From: a bacterium
GTDB lineage: Bacteria; Electryoneota; JAOADG01
Assembly: GCA_963681965.1 (NCBI GenBank)
Contig: OY820579.1
Span: forward strand, 608,001 to 672,000
Direction: 5' to 3'
Length of the DNA: 64,000 nucleotides
Positions 59,534 through 64,000 of this stretch are shown here, piece by piece. Position 1 is the first letter of the stretch, and each line of letters begins with the position of its first letter. A model generated the notes under the pieces. It was not told the DNA's origin. It saw nothing but the letters and a program-made list of their open reading frames with translations, and did not search any database. Position numbers and translations under genes: made by a program.

Positions 59534-60664
59534 TTAGCGTTCGACGATCGGAATCGAAAATGGTGCCCGTTGTGTTAAAAATCGGGTATCGTACACCCAT
59601 TTTACATCGTAACCGGTTCCACCATGGGTCGAGCGATGAAGATAACCCGCCCGGTTCTGCATGACACTACCATGAAAATAGAGATGACCGCGCTCATCGG
59701 ATTGAGTAATACTTTGATAAGCGTCGGTTGAATCGTTCTGATCTTCAAAAGTGAAATTTCCGTTGAGTGCGACAATTTGTGCCGTAATTACTACATCGTT
59801 GCGTTCCGGGTGTTCCCAACCGAATTGCGATCCATTTTCGCGACCATTTTCCCAAGTATTGGCAATGATCACTCCTTGCCACGGAACCGCGCTACCGGTT
59901 GAATTGGACATCTCGCACGCTTCACTGATTACTGTGATCGAATTAGGCGAGGTTGCAGGTACTAGCCAATTGCTTGACATAGTCGCGTCTTCGCATCGAA
60001 GATCGCCCATAATGCGGATGTTTCCTGCAGCCCCAATACCCAGCTTACCACGCGCGATACCCTTCACCCATAATTCACCATCGCAGAATATTCCGAAGGT
60101 CCGAGAAGTATCCCAATTTAACATTCCTATTACTTGCGTCCGATCACCCATCGGCGACGGCGTCCCCGTGTGCCATCGCCAAATACTGCCAACTTGACCA
60201 TCGATCGTCAAGCCGTACACATACTGTTTTCGATACGAACTCAGCCAGCGACCATGAGATGTCGCGCTATCCCTCAATTCGGAAGCCATGATTGGAAATT
60301 CGATTTGACGAGCATGCTCGATTAACCTTGGAACATGGGGAAATGGCGGGTTATCGCCAAGCGCGACTCCACCGACAAAAAACGAATCGTTAAAATCGTG
60401 CCATAAATTTCGACTGGTGATAAAGAATTGAAAATTATGGTTGGTGCGCATCCGACGGGGTAATGTATCTCCGGTATAATAGAACAAGTAGTCCCCATCG
60501 CGTCGCTGCTCTTCGTCGGTCACCATGAAATAGCTGCTTGAGTAGGGTGGTCGTGCCAAGATTAAATTCGGCATCGGTACACCGATCAAACAGATTGCCG
60601 TGACGACAAAACCAATCGCACACCTGATTCGTAGATATCGTTTCATCATAGTATCACTCGTCAT
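59534..60664 (-). CDS. Secreted paralog of the PilX C-terminal domain (copy 2)
   Basis: Signal peptide, then ARPPYSSSY; same motif set. Confidence 0.78.
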   Translation of the reverse strand: MTSDTMMKRYLRIRCAIGFVVTAICLIGVPMPNLILARPPYSSSYFMVTDEEQRRDGDYLFYYTGDTLPRRMRTNHNFQFFITSRNLWHDFNDSFFVGGVALGDNPPFPHVPRLIEHARQIEFPIMASELRDSATSHGRWLSSYRKQYVYGLTIDGQVGSIWRWHTGTPSPMGDRTQVIGMLNWDTSRTFGIFCDGELWVKGIARGKLGIGAAGNIRIMGDLRCEDATMSSNWLVPATSPNSITVISEACEMSNSTGSAVPWQGVIIANTWENGRENGSQFGWEHPERNDVVITAQIVALNGNFTFEDQNDSTDAYQSITQSDERGHLYFHGSVMQNRAGYLHRSTHGGTGYDVKWVYDTRFLTQRAPFSIPIVER

Positions 60665-60676
60665 CTCTTCGTATTC

Positions 60677-61810
60677 TCATCGATTAAACAGAAAAATTGC
60701 ATAGGGAGCAGGTCGATTACGCCACCGTTCATCATACCGATAAATTTTATTGTATCCCGTACCACCTTGTGTATTGCGATGAACGTAGCCTCTGCGATAT
60801 TGCATGATGCTACCATGGAGAAAAATGTTTCCGCGTTCGTCGGGACCGGGAACACAGATACCGGCATCGTTTGTATCGTTCTGATTCTCGAATGTAAAAC
60901 TGCTTCTTAATGCAATAATTTGAGCGGTAATGACAACGTCTCGACGCTGACTATTATCCGATGGAAAAAGGCGACCATTCTGGTGACCGTTCTCCCAGCT
61001 ATCGGCAATGAGGATTCCCGTATTGGGCGCTTTTCGATCATTGTCAGGTGGCTCATCAGCCTCGCTGATAAGGGTGATTGAGTTGATTGAATTGGCTGGA
61101 ACAAGCCACTGTGTCTCGACCGTTGCATCTTCGCAGCGCAAGTCTCCGACGATACGAATCGATCCCTCCGCGCCAATACCAATTCGCCCTCGCACAACCC
61201 CTTTTACCCACAGACACCCGTCGCAAAAGATCGGAAATGGTGATCCATACCACCATGAAAAACTACCTAGCGCTTCCGATTCAATTCCCATTGTAGAAGG
61301 TGTACCGGTATGCCATCGCCAGTATGTAGCAACCGTCCTATTTATCTCCAATCCATAGGTATACTGATAATGATTCGTCGAAAACCACCGCCCACCCCGA
61401 GATGCAACGAGTCGCAAACTATCCGCATTCATGGGAAATGGAACTCGACCGGTTTGTTCGCGATAGCCCGGACGAGGTAAACCGGCAAACGTCGATCCCT
61501 GCATTGAGTTGATATGACCGCCAGTCGAGACGAACCCGCTGAAGTATGCACCCTGATGAACGGGAATATCGGAATTGGAATGGATTGGATACATGACGGA
61601 ATCGCGACTCCAATAATAGAGGTAATCGGTAAATCGCGTTAGTTCCTGATCGGTGAGTAGACAGAAGTTGCTGGAATAAACCGGTTCTGCATAAATGGTG
61701 AGACAAACCGGGAAGAGAGTGATTAACAGAGTGTATATTAATAGGTTCCAACAATGAACCCGGTTGAAACTCTCTGAGTACATCATCATACTATCCTCAT
61801 CCATCTTCAA
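60677..61810 (-). CDS. Secreted paralog of the PilX C-terminal domain (copy 1)
   Basis: Signal peptide, then AEPVYSSNF; same motif set. Confidence 0.78.
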   Translation of the reverse strand: MKMDEDSMMMYSESFNRVHCWNLLIYTLLITLFPVCLTIYAEPVYSSNFCLLTDQELTRFTDYLYYWSRDSVMYPIHSNSDIPVHQGAYFSGFVSTGGHINSMQGSTFAGLPRPGYREQTGRVPFPMNADSLRLVASRGGRWFSTNHYQYTYGLEINRTVATYWRWHTGTPSTMGIESEALGSFSWWYGSPFPIFCDGCLWVKGVVRGRIGIGAEGSIRIVGDLRCEDATVETQWLVPANSINSITLISEADEPPDNDRKAPNTGILIADSWENGHQNGRLFPSDNSQRRDVVITAQIIALRSSFTFENQNDTNDAGICVPGPDERGNIFLHGSIMQYRRGYVHRNTQGGTGYNKIYRYDERWRNRPAPYAIFLFNR

Positions 61811-61990
61811 ATCATCACATTACGATCAGGAAAATCTACCGTCTCTCAATTTTTATTCTCATATACCATGTAATTTTTGCGCAATCATTCACAATTTTGC
61901 GTTCTCGTCGTCGATTTGGTGGTTTATTGACCGCCCTTCCAATAACTTACCGATATAACCCGTAGAATCTGTATTACCAAAGGAAATTCA

Positions 61991-62410
61991 ATGAAAACGA
62001 TTACTAAGTGGGTCGATGGTCTGCAAATGGTGTCCAATTCCGAAGCAGGACACGGATTACCGCTTGCATCGCGCCTTTCCGACAGCGAACCGTTAAATGG
62101 GATCCGTCCAGTCGAACTGTTACTCCACGCCCTTGCCGGGTGCAGTGGCATGGACGTGATATCGATATTGCAAAAGATGCGCCAACCGATCCGGAAATTC
62201 TCGATCGAGACGGATGGCGAGCGTTCCGAAACGCACCCGAAGGTCTTCACCAAAATCGCAGTCGTCTACAAATTCACTGGAAAAGGGATTGATCCGGCAG
62301 CCTGCGAAAAGGCAATCAAACTGAGCGAAGAGAAGTACTGTTCGGTGAGTGCGATGTTGCGAAAATCGTGTGAGATCACTACGCGATTCGAAATCATCGA
62401 GGAAGAATAG
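61991..62410 (+). CDS. OsmC/YhfA-family protein
   Basis: RPVELLLHALAGCSGMDV and SEEKYCSV. Confidence 0.9.
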   Translation: MKTITKWVDGLQMVSNSEAGHGLPLASRLSDSEPLNGIRPVELLLHALAGCSGMDVISILQKMRQPIRKFSIETDGERSETHPKVFTKIAVVYKFTGKGIDPAACEKAIKLSEEKYCSVSAMLRKSCEITTRFEIIEEE

Positions 62411-62427
62411 CGGTTCCGGAAATCAGG

Positions 62428-64000
62428 CTACCGAACAACCAGCACTGGAATCTGCAGTTGGTGACGAACGGTATCGATCGTTTCACCGCGGAAGAGATCG
62501 CCGAATAGACGGTGTCCGTGCGCGCCCATCACGAGCAGATCGTTGCCGTTTTTTAAGACGAACCGCACCAGTGCGACCGAGGGCTCGCCGTGGAGTAACT
62601 GGATCTCCACCGGTATTTCCATTGCGCGAATTTCTTCAGCAATTTCTTCGAGATACACCATATCACCGCGGGCATGTTCATCGTCGGCATCGCCGTATAC
62701 CTGTGCCGACGCGGTATCAACCACGTGGATCAGCGTTACAGTTGCCTCTTCCGCTTTCGCCATCCGGACGGCATAGCTGATCACTTTCGCATCGGCATGG
62801 CTCCGGTCAAGTGCCACGGCTATATTATTCATCCGGTACGACTGAATATTCGCAATCACGTGCGTGGCGCGGGTTTCCGGTTGTGCTTTCCAGCCGTGAT
62901 GCTTTCTAAAAAACGGAACCAGCACGATATATCCGAGTCCGCCAAACAGTAGCGCGACGAATATCAGCAATCCCAATGACAACGGCAAAGAAAGTCCATC
63001 ACTTATCCAACCGGCAATGGAATCGTAAACCAATTTTCCGTTCAATGCCGTAATCAATAATCCGCTGATCCACGCCGCGACTTTCACCCACTGAGCGTTG
63101 ACGAATGTTCCCATTTTTACGCGATTGCTGGTAAAATGGATCAACGGGAAGATCGCAAATGGTAATTGCAAACTTAACACGACCTGACTAAGCAGCATTA
63201 ATTTGTAAGTACCACTATTACCCATTAAAGCGATCACCGCGACTGCCGGAACGATCGCCAGCGAGCGCGTAATCAGTCGCCGGAGCCACGGACGCAATCG
63301 AACCTCGACAAACCCTTCCATCACAATCTGACCTGCCAGTGTTCCGGTTAGTGTCGAACTCTGACCCGCAGCAAGCAGCGCCAAACCAAACAGCTTCGGT
63401 GCCAATTGACTGCCAATCAACGATTCCAGCAACTTATTCGCTTGCTGAATTTCAGTGACGACAACTCCATTTTTGTAGAATACCGTCGCGGCAACGATCA
63501 GAATTGCGACATTCACAAAAAATGCCGCATTCAGCGCAATGGTTGTATCGATCAAATTGTATTTGCAGGCATCGGCTTTACTCTCGACGTAGTGCGAGAT
63601 TTTCCGCGTCTGCACCAGCGCCGAGTGAAGATACAGATTGTGCGGCATCACCGTCGCGCCGATCATACCCAGTGCAATGAAAAGTGCGCCGGTTGGAAGC
63701 GTTGGCAGAAAACCGGTTGCGATTTCCGGGAGGGGTGGTTTAATCAAAAATAACTGAATCAGGAAACTGATTCCGATGGTGGAGACCATCAATAAAATGA
63801 AGCCTTCAATCTTGCGAATACCCAATCGCTGAATTGCAAACAACAGGAACGTATCGAACAGCGTGACGAGACATCCCCACAACAGCGGCAATCCAAACAA
63901 CAGATTTAATCCGAGAACGGTACCTAGTACTTCGGCAAGATCGCAGGCGATAATCGCTATTTCACAGATGATCCACAAAAAAATCGCAATCGGTTTGGGA
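62428..64000 (-). CDS. mntH: Nramp divalent metal transporter with C-terminal universal stress protein domain, 5'-truncated
   Basis: ACDLAEVLG, GATVMPHNLYLHS and GQIVMEGF, followed by the USP motif LLVMGAHGH. Confidence 0.92.
   Translation of the reverse strand, partial: PKPIAIFLWIICEIAIIACDLAEVLGTVLGLNLLFGLPLLWGCLVTLFDTFLLFAIQRLGIRKIEGFILLMVSTIGISFLIQLFLIKPPLPEIATGFLPTLPTGALFIALGMIGATVMPHNLYLHSALVQTRKISHYVESKADACKYNLIDTTIALNAAFFVNVAILIVAATVFYKNGVVVTEIQQANKLLESLIGSQLAPKLFGLALLAAGQSSTLTGTLAGQIVMEGFVEVRLRPWLRRLITRSLAIVPAVAVIALMGNSGTYKLMLLSQVVLSLQLPFAIFPLIHFTSNRVKMGTFVNAQWVKVAAWISGLLITALNGKLVYDSIAGWISDGLSLPLSLGLLIFVALLFGGLGYIVLVPFFRKHHGWKAQPETRATHVIANIQSYRMNNIAVALDRSHADAKVISYAVRMAKAEEATVTLIHVVDTASAQVYGDADDEHARGDMVYLEEIAEEIRAMEIPVEIQLLHGEPSVALVRFVLKNGNDLLVMGAHGHRLFGDLFRGETIDTVRHQLQIPVLVVR

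Noticed and set aside
54225-61810. Array as a DGR, shufflon or pilS-like silent cassette locus
   Set aside because: No reverse transcriptase, adenine-specific TR/VR pair, invertase or inverted cassettes are present. The copies are intact, have their own signal peptides and are too diverged from the pilin gene.
62428-64000. Nramp-USP fusion as a novelty
   Set aside because: This is an architecture I recognize as already common in several phyla.
1-64000. Apparent abundance of TCGA/CGATCG words (HIP1-like)
   Set aside because: This is only a visual impression and is plausibly explained by ATC-GAT/GAA codon pairs. It would need a Markov-model enrichment test that I cannot run.

Overview
A 64-kb chromosomal window from a diderm, LPS-producing bacterium; the gene content suggests an FCB-like or candidate phylum, but that is inference. 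It is mostly housekeeping: 2-oxoacid dehydrogenase E1b/E2, valS, amtB, ffh-rpsP-rimM-trmD-rplS, tRNA-Val, ADP-heptose/LPS core genes, lptE, purD, uvrB and mntH. Accessory and regulatory elements include an AT-rich HicA-HicB-SecB-like toxin-antitoxin-chaperone module, an intact IS630 splitting a membrane-protein gene, and three copies of a roughly 105-bp MITE carrying a GTAG-REP. There is also a nine-heme cytochrome c lipoprotein, an exported TldD/PmbA pair and a cobalamin riboswitch-controlled uptake operon. The most striking region is 54.2-61.8 kb: six tandem paralogs, of which one is a PilX-like minor pilin and five are copies of its C-terminal domain with an ordinary signal peptide in place of the pilin domain. 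Other notable items are an unannotated Val-rich leader peptide with attenuator structure upstream of valS, a PurD-RNase Z-like fusion and a degenerate TsaC-LMW-PTP fusion. All calls come from reading motifs by eye; no database searches were run.
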